Source of the DNA: Burkholderiaceae bacterium
GTDB lineage: Bacteria > Pseudomonadota > Gammaproteobacteria > Burkholderiales > Burkholderiaceae_B
DNA length: 64,000 nucleotides
Assembly: GCA_020851995.1 (NCBI GenBank)
Contig: JADZBO010000015.1
Span: 83,103 to 147,102 of the forward strand
Direction: 5' to 3'
The position numbers and the translations under genes were made by a program. Shown here one piece after another: positions 1 through 9,423 of this stretch (positions are counted from its first letter, which is position 1; the number at the start of each line of letters is the position of its first letter). The notes beneath the pieces are model-generated. The model saw only the letters and a program-made list of their open reading frames with translations, made no database searches and had not been told where the DNA came from.

Positions 1-76
1 CTTTGGCGAATTTCACTCACGACTCGTCTGCTTTGATGTTAAATGGGCGAATGACTGACCCACGGATGCTGAACCA

Positions 77-1636
77 ATGAAGCTGATGATGAATGGACTG
101 CGTAATTCGATCGGGCGCAAACTGGCGCTTGGAACAGGGACGGCCGTATTGGCCGCCCTCATGGCTGTATCTGCGCCGGCCTCGGCCAACAAGAAGGCTG
201 ATACGCTGCGCATGGCCTATGATCAGGCGCCGGAGAACGTCGACCCCTATTTCAACAACGTGCGGATCGGCGTGATCCTGGGCGCGAACGTCTGGGATAC
301 CCTGCTGTTTCGTGACCCGGTGTCGGGTGAATACAAGGGCCAGCTTGCCAAGGCCTTCAGGCAGATCGACGACCGCACGATTGAATTCGATCTGCGCGAA
401 GGGGTCAAATTCCATAATGGTGAGGAGTTTGACGCGGATTCCGTGGTCTACACCCTTACTTTTGTCTCGGATCCTAAAAACAATGCGACGACGCAGGCCA
501 ATGTCGCCTGGATTGACCGGGTCGAAAAGCTCGACAAGTACAAAGTACGCATCATCAGCAAGCAGCCCTTTCCTGCTGCAAAGGAATACCTGTCGACCAC
601 GGCGGTCATGCATCCGCCTAAGTACTACAAGGAGGTCGGACCGGCCGGCATGAACGCCAAGCCGGTCGGCTCGGGTCCTTACAAATTCGTTGAACACATC
701 CCCGGCAAATCGATCACGCTTGAGCGCAATCCTGATTACTTCAAGGATTCGCCCAAAGCCCAGCCCAAAATCGGCAAGGTCGTGATTCGCATCATCCCGG
801 ATCGTCAGACTCAACTCGCTGAAATCATGTCCGGCGGGCAGGATCTGATCATGAGCGTGGCCAACGATCAGGCCGAAAAGCTCAAGTCCGTGCCCTCGGT
901 GTCGGTGATCAGCGCGCCGACCATGCGGATGGTCTTTCTGCAGATGAACGTGCTTGAAGGCGGCCCGGCGCCGGAACTCAAGGATATCCGCGTGCGGCGC
1001 GCGATCGCTCACGCGATTGACCGCGACTCGATCGTGAAGAACATTGTCGGCCCGGGCGGCGAGGTGCTTAACGCCATTTGTTCACCGTCCCAGACGGGTT
1101 GCACGCAGGATGGCGCGACGGTGTATGCGTATGATCCGGCGTTGTCGCGCAAGCTGTTGGCCGAAGCGGGTTTTCCCAATGGCTTCGCGCTGGACATTGT
1201 GGCCTACCGCGAACGCAATCAGACCGAGGCGATCATCAGCTACCTGCAGGCGGTCGGCATCAAGGCGAAGTTGACGACGATGCAGTACGCCGCCATGCGT
1301 GAAATGGTGCGAGCCAACAAATCGGCGCTTTCGCATCAGACCTGGGGCTCGAATCTGGTCAATGACGCGTCGGCATCGACGCCGGTGTATTTTGGCTTCA
1401 GCGCGGACGACATTACCCGTGACCCCGCAGTGCGGGATGCGCTGAAGATCGGTGACACGACGATGGATCCGGTGGCGCGCAAAGCTGCATACCAGAAGGC
1501 CTTGGCGCGGATCACCGAGCAGGCCTGGGCGATTCCGCTGTGGCTGTTGCCGGTCAATTATGTGACCAGTAAAGAACTGGTATTCAAACCCTATCCGGAT
1601 GAATTGCCACGCTTCTGGGACATGAGCTGGAAGTGA
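77..1636 (+). CDS. ABC transporter substrate-binding protein, family 5 (DppA/OppA-like)
   Basis: 519-aa ORF with signal-like N-terminus; family-5 motifs (DTLL..DP, FDLREGVKFHNGEEFDADSV, PVGSGPYKF, VRRAIAHAIDR); first gene of a 5-gene operon. Confidence 0.93.
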   Translation: MKLMMNGLRNSIGRKLALGTGTAVLAALMAVSAPASANKKADTLRMAYDQAPENVDPYFNNVRIGVILGANVWDTLLFRDPVSGEYKGQLAKAFRQIDDRTIEFDLREGVKFHNGEEFDADSVVYTLTFVSDPKNNATTQANVAWIDRVEKLDKYKVRIISKQPFPAAKEYLSTTAVMHPPKYYKEVGPAGMNAKPVGSGPYKFVEHIPGKSITLERNPDYFKDSPKAQPKIGKVVIRIIPDRQTQLAEIMSGGQDLIMSVANDQAEKLKSVPSVSVISAPTMRMVFLQMNVLEGGPAPELKDIRVRRAIAHAIDRDSIVKNIVGPGGEVLNAICSPSQTGCTQDGATVYAYDPALSRKLLAEAGFPNGFALDIVAYRERNQTEAIISYLQAVGIKAKLTTMQYAAMREMVRANKSALSHQTWGSNLVNDASASTPVYFGFSADDITRDPAVRDALKIGDTTMDPVARKAAYQKALARITEQAWAIPLWLLPVNYVTSKELVFKPYPDELPRFWDMSWK

Positions 1637-1704
1637 TGTCGTCCGGTCTTGTGCAGATCCGACCGACGGGGGCTTCGCCCGCGTCGGGGCGGGGGTAGCG
1701 AGCG

Positions 1705-2622
1705 ATGCTGGTATTCATCAGCAGGAGGATCGCGCTCGCGATCCTGGTCGGCCTGGCAGTTTCATTGCTGGCGTATCTGCTGCTCTTCCTGTCCGGCGAT
1801 CCGGCGATTGCGCTGGCGGGGGATAGCGCCCGTGAAGCGGATATCGAGCGGATCAGGATCCAGTACGGGCTGGATCGCCCGATTCTGGTCCAGTACGGTG
1901 ATTGGCTGTGGAATCTTCTGCACGGCAACTTTGGCAATTCGGTGTACTTCAAGACGCCGGTCGCTCCGCTGATCCTCGATAAGTTGTTCACGACGCTGAT
2001 TCTGGGTGTGTGTTCCCTGGCAGTAGCGCTGGCGATCTCCGTGCCGCTTGGCGTACTGGCGGCGATTTACCGCCATAGCTGGATCGACCGGGCGTGCCTG
2101 GCGGTCGCCGTGCTGGGGCAGGCGCTGCCGAACTTCTTTTTTGCACTGCTGCTCATCATGTTGCTGTCGGTGACCTGGCAAATCCTCCCGGTATCGGGCA
2201 GCGACAGCTGGGAAAATTTCATCATGCCGTCGATCGCACTTGGCTATTATGTGGCGCCCGCATTCATGCGTTTGATCCGCGCCGGGATGATCGAAGTGCT
2301 GGGCGCCGATTATGTGCGCACGGCGCGCGCCAAGGGTTTGCCGGCCTCGACGGTGGTCTTCAAGCATGCGCTGCGCAATGCGATCGTTCCGGTGGTGGCG
2401 CTGGCCGCCGTGCAGCTCGGCTTCCTGCTTGGCGGGTCCGTGATCATTGAAACGATTTTCGCGCTCGACGGCTTGGGCTATCTGGCCTATCAGAGCATCA
2501 CGTACAAGGATTATCCGGTGATGCAGGTGATCGTGCTGGTGCTTTCGGCGATCTATGTTCTGCTGACGCTGGCGGCAGATATTGCCAACGCGTGGCTCGA
2601 TCCCAGGCTGAGGGTCGGTTGA
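1705..2622 (+). CDS. Peptide/nickel ABC transporter permease (DppB-like)
   Basis: GLDRPILVQYGDWL, EAA loop (DYVRTARAKGL), IIETIFALDGLG. Confidence 0.93.
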   Translation: MLVFISRRIALAILVGLAVSLLAYLLLFLSGDPAIALAGDSAREADIERIRIQYGLDRPILVQYGDWLWNLLHGNFGNSVYFKTPVAPLILDKLFTTLILGVCSLAVALAISVPLGVLAAIYRHSWIDRACLAVAVLGQALPNFFFALLLIMLLSVTWQILPVSGSDSWENFIMPSIALGYYVAPAFMRLIRAGMIEVLGADYVRTARAKGLPASTVVFKHALRNAIVPVVALAAVQLGFLLGGSVIIETIFALDGLGYLAYQSITYKDYPVMQVIVLVLSAIYVLLTLAADIANAWLDPRLRVG

Positions 2623-3482
2623 TGGCTGGTAAACGCAATCATCCCTTCGCGTGGATGGCCGGTAACCAGGCGCTGGTCATTGGTCTGGGTATCCTGCTGG
2701 TGATCGTGCTGATCGCGGTGTTCGCGCCGTGGATCTCCCCCTATGACCCCTATGTGCAGGATCTTGATCACCGCACCATTCCGCCAGCCTGGTACGAGGG
2801 CGGATCGTGGGCGCACCCGCTGGGTACGGATCAGTTGGGCCGCGATTACCTCTCCCGCCTGTTTTTTGGCGCGCGGATTTCACTATTGATTGGTATCAGT
2901 GTTGCGCTGATCTCGGGTTTCATCGGCACACTGATGGGACTGATGGCGGGTTACTTCGGTGGACGCACGGACATGGTGGTGTCGTTTCTCGTGACCACCC
3001 GTCTTTCGATGCCGGTGATTCTGGTGGCGCTTGCGACCGTGGCGATTGTCGGCGGATCGCTGCCCGTGGTGATCCTGGTGCTCGGTCTGCTGAAATGGGA
3101 TCGCTTCGCGGTGGTTATGCGCAGCACGACGCAGTTGGTGTGTTCGCAGGAGTACATTGCCGCAGCCAGGGCAGCCGGTGCTTCGACGCCCCGCATCCTG
3201 ATGGCGGAGGTGCTCCCTAACGTGATGCCGCAGCTGATCGTGATCGCCACGCTCGAAGCAGCCAGCGCTATCTTGCTGGAGGCGGCGCTGTCTTTCCTGG
3301 GGCTGGGCGTTCAGCCGCCGTTACCTTCATGGGGACTGATGATTTCAGAAGCCAAAGCCTATATGTTTTTTTCGTTCTGGCTGATTGCGATTCCCGGTTC
3401 GGCGCTGGCGTTGCTGATTTTTGCCATCAACCTGGCGGGCGACGGGTTGCATCAGGCGTTGACGCCGCAGGGCAGGGGCTGA
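2622..3482 (+). CDS. Peptide/nickel ABC transporter permease (DppC-like)
   Basis: ATG at 2622 overlaps the upstream TGA; HPLGTDQLGRDYLSRL, EYIAAARAAGA, LSFLGLGVQPPLPSWG. Confidence 0.93.
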   Translation: MAGKRNHPFAWMAGNQALVIGLGILLVIVLIAVFAPWISPYDPYVQDLDHRTIPPAWYEGGSWAHPLGTDQLGRDYLSRLFFGARISLLIGISVALISGFIGTLMGLMAGYFGGRTDMVVSFLVTTRLSMPVILVALATVAIVGGSLPVVILVLGLLKWDRFAVVMRSTTQLVCSQEYIAAARAAGASTPRILMAEVLPNVMPQLIVIATLEAASAILLEAALSFLGLGVQPPLPSWGLMISEAKAYMFFSFWLIAIPGSALALLIFAINLAGDGLHQALTPQGRG

Positions 3483-3484
3483 CC

Positions 3485-4477
3485 GTGCCAATGGATGACA
3501 CGCCGGTACTTGATGTTCAGGGACTCTCCGTCGACATTGCCACGCGTTCGGGGCGACTGCACGCGGTCAGGGATGTGTCGTTCGCGGTGCGGCGAGGCGA
3601 AACGCTTTGCATTGTTGGCGAGTCGGGCTGCGGGAAATCCATCACGTCGCTGTCGATCATGGGACTGCTGCCAACGGCAGCTACCCGCCGGGCGCGCGCG
3701 CTGCGGTTCCTCGGCGAAGACCTGGAAACCGCGACCGCATCGCGTGTCAATGCGTTGCGCGGCGACCGCATGGCGATGATTTTTCAGGAGCCGATGACCG
3801 CGCTGAACCCGGCCTATACGATCGGCGATCAACTGACCGAGCATTATATTTTTCACCGGCGCAGCAGTGCGCAGGAGGCGCGCGAGCGCGCTGTCATGTT
3901 GCTTGAAAAAGTCGGCATTGCCGGCGCGTCGCAGCGTCTGGGTCAGTACCCTCACCAGCTCTCGGGCGGTCTGCGCCAGCGCGTGATGATTGCCATGGCA
4001 CTGATGTGCGGACCGGATCTGCTGATCGCCGATGAGCCAAGCACGGCGCTGGATGTGACGATTCAGGCGCAGATCCTGCGCCTGCTTGCCGATTTGCAGC
4101 GCGAACTGGGTATCGCCATGGTGCTTATCACACACGATTTGGGTGTGGTGGCCCGGATTGCGGACCGCGTGGCGGTCATGTATGCCGGGCAAATCGTCGA
4201 AGAGGGGCCAGTGGCTCCACTCTTCGGGCAACCGCGCCACCCTTATACGCAGGGGCTGATGCGTTGCATTCCAGTCCCGGGCAAGACGCCGCCCGGTGGC
4301 ACGCTGGGAACAATTCCGGGCGTTGTGCCAGCCCTGTTCGGGGAGTTGCACGGATGCGCATTCCGGGATCGGTGCGAGTACGCTGCGCCGTCCTGTGCGT
4401 CAGCGATTCCGTTGCGTCGTGATGAAGGGTCGCACCGCTGGCGCTGCGTGCTCGAACCCGGAGAACGCACATCGTGA
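3485..4477 (+). CDS. Peptide ABC transporter ATP-binding protein (DppD-like)
   Basis: Walker A GESGCGKS, signature LSGGLRQR, Walker B IADEP, C-terminal Cys motif; start GTG 3485 or ATG 3491. Confidence 0.93.
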   Translation: MPMDDTPVLDVQGLSVDIATRSGRLHAVRDVSFAVRRGETLCIVGESGCGKSITSLSIMGLLPTAATRRARALRFLGEDLETATASRVNALRGDRMAMIFQEPMTALNPAYTIGDQLTEHYIFHRRSSAQEARERAVMLLEKVGIAGASQRLGQYPHQLSGGLRQRVMIAMALMCGPDLLIADEPSTALDVTIQAQILRLLADLQRELGIAMVLITHDLGVVARIADRVAVMYAGQIVEEGPVAPLFGQPRHPYTQGLMRCIPVPGKTPPGGTLGTIPGVVPALFGELHGCAFRDRCEYAAPSCASAIPLRRDEGSHRWRCVLEPGERTS

Positions 4478-5439
4478 GCGCGCTGATCGAGGCTGTGGGG
4501 TTGACGCGTACCTTTGAGGTCAGTGCTGGCATGTTTCAGGCCAAGCGCTTGCTGCATGCAGTCAATGGCGTCGACTTGTCAGTCGAACGTGGCGATGTGC
4601 TTGGCATCGTTGGAGAGTCGGGCTGCGGCAAATCGACGCTCGCGCGGATGCTGCTGGGTCTGGTGCCGCCCACGCAGGGGTCGGTCCGGATCGACGGGAT
4701 CGCGCTTGAGCGTATGGATCGTCGTGAGAGGGCGCGTCGGGTTCAGCCGGTGTTCCAGGATCCGTATTCGTCGCTCAATCCGCGACGCACGATCCAGTCG
4801 ATCGTGGAGTTTCCGCTGGCGGTCCACGGGATTGGAACGTCAGCGCAACGCCGTGAGCGCGCCATTGAGATGCTGGCGCGGGTCGGCTTGCCGGATCGCC
4901 TGGCAGGTCAGTCCGCCGGGCAACTTTCGGGCGGTCAGCGACAACGCGTGGCCATTGCGCGGGCGCTGGTCATGAACCCCGAAGTGGTTGTATGCGACGA
5001 ACCTACGTCGGCGCTGGATGTCTCGGTGCAGGCGCAGATCCTCAATCTGCTGATGGACCTTCGCCGCGAATTCAATCTGACGTACGTGTTCATCAGTCAT
5101 AACCTGGCGGTCGTTGAGCACATTGCCACGCAGGTTGCGGTGATGTATCTGGGTCGTGTCGTGGAATTCAACGACGCAAAAGCCTTGTTCGCGACGCCCA
5201 GACACCCTTATACACAGGCATTGCTCGCCTCGGTATTAACGCCCGAGCCGGGCCTCGGGATTCCGGACATGGGCCTTGGGCTGTCCTTCCCCGACCCGAC
5301 CAATCCGCCCTCCGGTTGCGGGTTCCATCCACGGTGTCGTCAGCGTTTAGCGGTGTGCGAGACGCAAATGCCGGGCTTGCTCCCTTGCAACAATGGGACA
5401 GGCCTTGTGGCCTGCCACCTGGATCGGGACCCCGCCTAA
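4474..5439 (+). CDS. Peptide ABC transporter ATP-binding protein (DppF-like)
   Basis: [27 protein letters not shown]-terminal PSGCGFHPRC. Confidence 0.93.
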   Translation: MSALIEAVGLTRTFEVSAGMFQAKRLLHAVNGVDLSVERGDVLGIVGESGCGKSTLARMLLGLVPPTQGSVRIDGIALERMDRRERARRVQPVFQDPYSSLNPRRTIQSIVEFPLAVHGIGTSAQRRERAIEMLARVGLPDRLAGQSAGQLSGGQRQRVAIARALVMNPEVVVCDEPTSALDVSVQAQILNLLMDLRREFNLTYVFISHNLAVVEHIATQVAVMYLGRVVEFNDAKALFATPRHPYTQALLASVLTPEPGLGIPDMGLGLSFPDPTNPPSGCGFHPRCRQRLAVCETQMPGLLPCNNGTGLVACHLDRDPA

Positions 5440-5568
5440 GTGCGTCGGAGCCTGAGCCGCACTTCATGACAGTTACGTCCAGATGTCAGGGGAGTTCCAT
5501 ACATGAAGCCTTATTAAATGCTATTATCGACAGATATTTGTTGAACATGCAATCTGTTGAGCTAAAAT

Positions 5569-6753
5569 ATGCTGCATAGCTACGCGTTCTCAAACTTCCA
5601 ATCGTTTCTCGGAAGAGCGGAAGTCGACTTGACTCTGAGCCGAAAAACGCATCTGACGGATTGGATGTGTGAGGTGCCGACAGGCGAGCGTGTGTCTAAG
5701 GTGATGGCCGTTATTGGGCCAAATGGCGGAGGTAAAACAGCGCTACTGAAGCCTTTGGCGTTCATGGGCTGGTTTGTCGGACACTCGTTCCAACAACTTG
5801 CGCATGATGCGTTAATCCCCGTTGCACCTCATGCTGGAGCCGCCAATCAACCATCAACGTTTGAATGTATCGGTGATTTCGATGGCAAATTATGGCGGTA
5901 CGAACTGCGATGCACACCGCAGCGTGTTCTCCACGAGGCGCTTTATCAGAAGCGCGACCGTTTCGGATACGTTTTCATTCGGGATTGGGATGAGGCCACA
6001 AACAGCTACGTCATAAAGCAGCAAGACTTTGGCCTTGCACCGCAGGAAGCCCGTAAGGTCAGGCAGAACACGTCTCTGATTGCCTGGGCAGCGCAGTATG
6101 GGGTCGCTCTTGCGCAGCGCATGGCTGCGTCTTACATCATCACGAACGTCAATGTGCTGGGGCGAATGCACATGGATTTCAGCCTGTTGCAGACTGCTGC
6201 TGAACATTTTTCTCGTAGCCCAAGTCAACAAGGCCGGATGGAAGAGTTATTGGCACGCTGGGATTTTGGTCTGTCGGGCGTGAGCCTGAGGCAAGTCCCT
6301 GCTCCGGCGCAAGAGGAAGCAGGTCGTCAAGTCTGGATGCCGTTTGGCAAGCACAGCAGCGCGACCGGAGAGTTTTCCTTACCTTTTTTGCTCGAATCCA
6401 GTGGAACGCAAAGTGCGTTTGTATTGTTGTCGCGACTACTGCCAACGCTCGAAATGGGTGGTCTAGCAGTCATTGATGAATTCGAAAACGATCTGCATCC
6501 CCATATGCTTGGCGCAATTCTTGAATTGTTTGCGAATGCCTCAACCAATCCGCTTAACGCCCAACTTATATTTACCTGCCATGCCGTTGAAGTCTTGAAT
6601 CTTATTCACAAATCTCAAGTCATCCTGGTTCAGAAAGATCACAATTGCGAAAGCTCCGCCTGCCGTCTGGATGCGGTTACTGGAATCCGCAATGATGACA
6701 ATTTTTATGCCAAATACATGGCAGGTGCTTATGGCGCTGTTCCGGAGTTGTGA
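5569..6753 (+). CDS. AAA_21-type ABC-like ATPase (RloA/AbiLi-like)
   Basis: N-terminal FSNFQSF, Walker A GPNGGGKT, signature-like ESSGT, Walker B VIDEFENDLHP, QLIFTCH, C-terminal YMAGAYGAVP typical of the RloA group. Confidence 0.85.
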   Translation: MLHSYAFSNFQSFLGRAEVDLTLSRKTHLTDWMCEVPTGERVSKVMAVIGPNGGGKTALLKPLAFMGWFVGHSFQQLAHDALIPVAPHAGAANQPSTFECIGDFDGKLWRYELRCTPQRVLHEALYQKRDRFGYVFIRDWDEATNSYVIKQQDFGLAPQEARKVRQNTSLIAWAAQYGVALAQRMAASYIITNVNVLGRMHMDFSLLQTAAEHFSRSPSQQGRMEELLARWDFGLSGVSLRQVPAPAQEEAGRQVWMPFGKHSSATGEFSLPFLLESSGTQSAFVLLSRLLPTLEMGGLAVIDEFENDLHPHMLGAILELFANASTNPLNAQLIFTCHAVEVLNLIHKSQVILVQKDHNCESSACRLDAVTGIRNDDNFYAKYMAGAYGAVPEL

Positions 6754-6763
6754 GGACTCCGGC

Positions 6764-7300
6764 GTGAATAAATGGGAGAAAGTTGCGACCCTGCTTCTTG
6801 TGGGCGAGGGTGCCACTGAGGTGGCTTTTCTAAATCACGTCAAAGCGACATATGTAGCGCGTGGTGCGGGTCTTCGAGTCACGGTGAAAAATGCGCATGG
6901 GAAGGGTGCCAAACACGTCATTGAGTGGACGATTCGTCAAATCGGTGATTTTGACTTGAAAGCCGCACTACTGGACACGGACCAAGACTGGACCGCGGCG
7001 GTTGCAAAACGCGCGAAGTCAGCAAAAGTGAAGGTGCTTACATCGGAACCTCAGGTAGAGGCGATGTTGCTCCGCATGCTTGGACAAAGCGATTCAGGTG
7101 ATCCCCAAACCTTGAAAACGCGGCTTGCCCCGTTTGTGCGCAATCAGGCGCTGGTTGCTGAAAATTATGCCGATCGATTTGATCGCGCATGCCTGGAGGC
7201 GGCTCGTTTGCGCGAGGCAACGCTTGACGAGTTGTTGCGGTTGCTGGAAAAACCGCCGCAAGTGAAACCCGCCAAGCGTAAGGTCACTCGGGATTCATGA
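6764..7300 (+). CDS. RloB/AbiLii-like TOPRIM-fold protein
   Basis: GTG start at 6764; LLVGEGATEVAFL (TOPRIM Glu), LLDTD (DxD), SEPQVEAMLL resembling the RloB SNPCFExWLL motif; 10 nt behind the ATPase. Confidence 0.75.
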   Translation: MNKWEKVATLLLVGEGATEVAFLNHVKATYVARGAGLRVTVKNAHGKGAKHVIEWTIRQIGDFDLKAALLDTDQDWTAAVAKRAKSAKVKVLTSEPQVEAMLLRMLGQSDSGDPQTLKTRLAPFVRNQALVAENYADRFDRACLEAARLREATLDELLRLLEKPPQVKPAKRKVTRDS

Positions 7301-7324
7301 ACGCACCGTCATCCAGAAGTACGT

Positions 7325-8290
7325 CTACTCCGCCTTGACGTTGGCAGTCTTAATGACCTGCTTCCACTTGGCGATTTCGTCGTCGAGGTATTTGCGTGCC
7401 TCCGCCGGCGTATTGCCCACCGGGATGATCGCCAACTCGGCAAAGCGCGCACTCAGTTCGGGTGAGCGTACGGCCTGAGCAACCGCATCGGACAGCCTCT
7501 TGACGATGTCGGGTGGTGTGCCCGCGGGCGCAAGGAACATCACCCAGCTTGCGGATTGAATCGGTGGGCCGCCGGATTCCGGCAGCGTCGGCACGTTGGG
7601 CGCTGCGGGCAGGCGTTTGGACGCGAACATGCCAAGCGCTTTCACCTTGCCGGATTCCACATGCTGCATCATGGAACTGGGCACATCGACGAGGATCTGC
7701 ACGTTTCCGGAGATGAGGTCTGTGACAGCAGGCGCGGTACCCTTGTAGGGAATATGCACCATCTGGATCTTGGCTGTGTGCGCGAGCAGTTCCGAAGTGA
7801 GGTGCGCAGCAGAACCCACGCCGGATGAGGCGAATGAGACTTTGCCCGGATTGGCTCGCGCGTAGGTGATGAGTTCACCCACGGTATTTGGCGCAAACGC
7901 TTTGCTTGCCGTCATGATCAGGGGCGAGACTCCCACGAGGGAGATCGGGATGAGGTCGCGTGTTGCTGGGTTCGCCATGCGCTCCTCATAGAGCGATGCG
8001 TTGGCGGCATGAGCGGTGATCACCGTGAGCAGGGTGTAGCCATCAGGCGGCGCCTTGGCGACCGTCTCGACGCCAATGATGGAATTTGCGCCGGGCTTGT
8101 TTTCAATGACGATCGTCTGACCGAGGATCGTTTGCAGTTGTGCGGTCACCATCCGGGTGACGTTATCGGTGAATCCGCCCGGGGTATAGGGGACAACCCA
8201 ACGGATTGGCTTGGTCGGGTAGGCCTGCGCGAAGGCGCCGGTCGCGGCGAAGGCGAGGGTGGCGCTTAGTAAGAGTTTCGACAGTTTCAT
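7325..8290 (-). CDS. Bug/TctC family tripartite tricarboxylate transporter substrate-binding protein
   Basis: Signal peptide then YPTKPIRWVVPYTPGG, ENKPGANSIIG, PYKGTAPAVTDLISG, WKQVIKTANVKAE. Confidence 0.95.
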   Translation of the reverse strand: MKLSKLLLSATLAFAATGAFAQAYPTKPIRWVVPYTPGGFTDNVTRMVTAQLQTILGQTIVIENKPGANSIIGVETVAKAPPDGYTLLTVITAHAANASLYEERMANPATRDLIPISLVGVSPLIMTASKAFAPNTVGELITYARANPGKVSFASSGVGSAAHLTSELLAHTAKIQMVHIPYKGTAPAVTDLISGNVQILVDVPSSMMQHVESGKVKALGMFASKRLPAAPNVPTLPESGGPPIQSASWVMFLAPAGTPPDIVKRLSDAVAQAVRSPELSARFAELAIIPVGNTPAEARKYLDDEIAKWKQVIKTANVKAE

Positions 8291-8412
8291 GCGGTTTTGT
8301 CTCCAGATGTGTTGCGGCGTATTCGTATCCGCCTGTTTTTATTGCGGGTTTGGGGCCTGTTGGCACAACGACCATGCTGTAGGCGACCGGATGGGGCTGA
8401 CCTCTGCGCAGC

Positions 8413-8988
8413 CTAGCGGTGCCAGCCGCCGCCGCGCCAGTATCCGCCCCGCCAGCCGTATCCGCCCCAGCCACCGGCCAGGACACCGACCCCGACTCCG
8501 ATTCCGAACGGTACGATGGGATTGTATGCGCCAACGTACGGATATGGGTTAGGGTAGTAAGGGGGTACGTAGGCCACGGGCGGTGCATACACCACGGGTG
8601 GCGGAGTGACAAATACCGGGGCCGGCACCGGGACAGTCGCAACCGGGACAGTCGCAACCGGGACGGCGGGCGGCGGTGGCGTCGGCACGTAGACCGGGGG
8701 CGCCGAGGGTGCGACGACCTGCGCCGGAGCCGCGTTCTGCGTGGGTGGCGGCGCAGCATAATTTGCACCGCCCTGCACGCGGATCCGCGGGCCGGGATCG
8801 CTGGGCAGATTGACGGTGTAGCGCTTGCCCTGGAATTCGTACGTGACGACGTAGCGCACGATACGGGAACTGGAGGTTCCCGGGATGGGTTCCACGACGG
8901 GAGCCGACGAAATGACCCGCGCGAAATCGTCTGCCGCAGCCGCGGAGGCGACCAGAAGGAAGGCGGCAGCCACATAGCGTGTTTTCAT
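8413..8988 (-). CDS. Secreted proline-rich protein with YcfJ-like N-terminal beta domain and Gly/Trp-rich tail
   Basis: GGAG RBS, signal peptide, ARVISSAPVV...YVVTYEFQGKRYTVNLPSDPG, P/V/A repeats, GWGGYGWRGGYWRGGGWHR. Confidence 0.7.
   Translation of the reverse strand: MKTRYVAAAFLLVASAAAADDFARVISSAPVVEPIPGTSSSRIVRYVVTYEFQGKRYTVNLPSDPGPRIRVQGGANYAAPPPTQNAAPAQVVAPSAPPVYVPTPPPPAVPVATVPVATVPVPAPVFVTPPPVVYAPPVAYVPPYYPNPYPYVGAYNPIVPFGIGVGVGVLAGGWGGYGWRGGYWRGGGWHR
8627..8664. repeat. 15-nt coding tandem repeat (x2.5) encoding VPVAT units
   Basis: accgggacagtcgca twice plus accgggac. Confidence 0.9.
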
Positions 8989-9019
8989 GATCACTCCGGA
9001 GGATGTCGGTTGGGCTCAA

Positions 9020-9044
9020 AAACGGGCGGAAAGTTCCCGTTTCA
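9020..9044 (-). terminator. Possible intrinsic terminator downstream of the TA remnant
   Basis: aaacggg/cccgttt 7-bp stem; on the minus strand followed by extra T residues. Confidence 0.45.
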
Positions 9045-9146
9045 CTGATCCCTGATGTTGCCCTCCCGTACTATTTTCCCCCATTTGAGGCGGTCGGCAT
9101 TGATTTGCGTTAAGGCGCGGGAATACGTGCTCGTTGCCCGTCATCC

Positions 9147-9381
9147 TCAATCCGCCTTGCGCGCAAAACTGCGAAGCCACGGCTGCAAGTGCGCGATTTC
9201 GAATTGGCCCGCATCAAACATTTGCATCATCTCCGCGTAGACCTGCGTCGGTGGGTGTTTCAGCTGCCATCCGTTAATCCTCAGAAACACATCCGATGCA
9301 GCAAAGGCGGTGCGCTTGAAGTGCCGCCAACACTTCGGGTGCGGCTTGCGACGAGAACTTCTCGCGAACGACTGAGCGCAT
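9147..9381 (-). pseudogene. Collapsed type II TA operon: antitoxin 5' stub fused out of frame to the 3' part of a Doc/Fic toxin
   Basis: ATG 9381 gives MRSVVREKFSSQAAPEVLAAL; from 9317 another frame gives KRTAFAASDVFLRINGWQL...WLRSFARKAD-stop; the HPFxDGN part of the Fic motif is absent. Confidence 0.75.
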
Positions 9382-9423
9382 TTCAGCCGTCCGGTACAAT
9401 TTTTCAAACTTAAACGGAATGCT

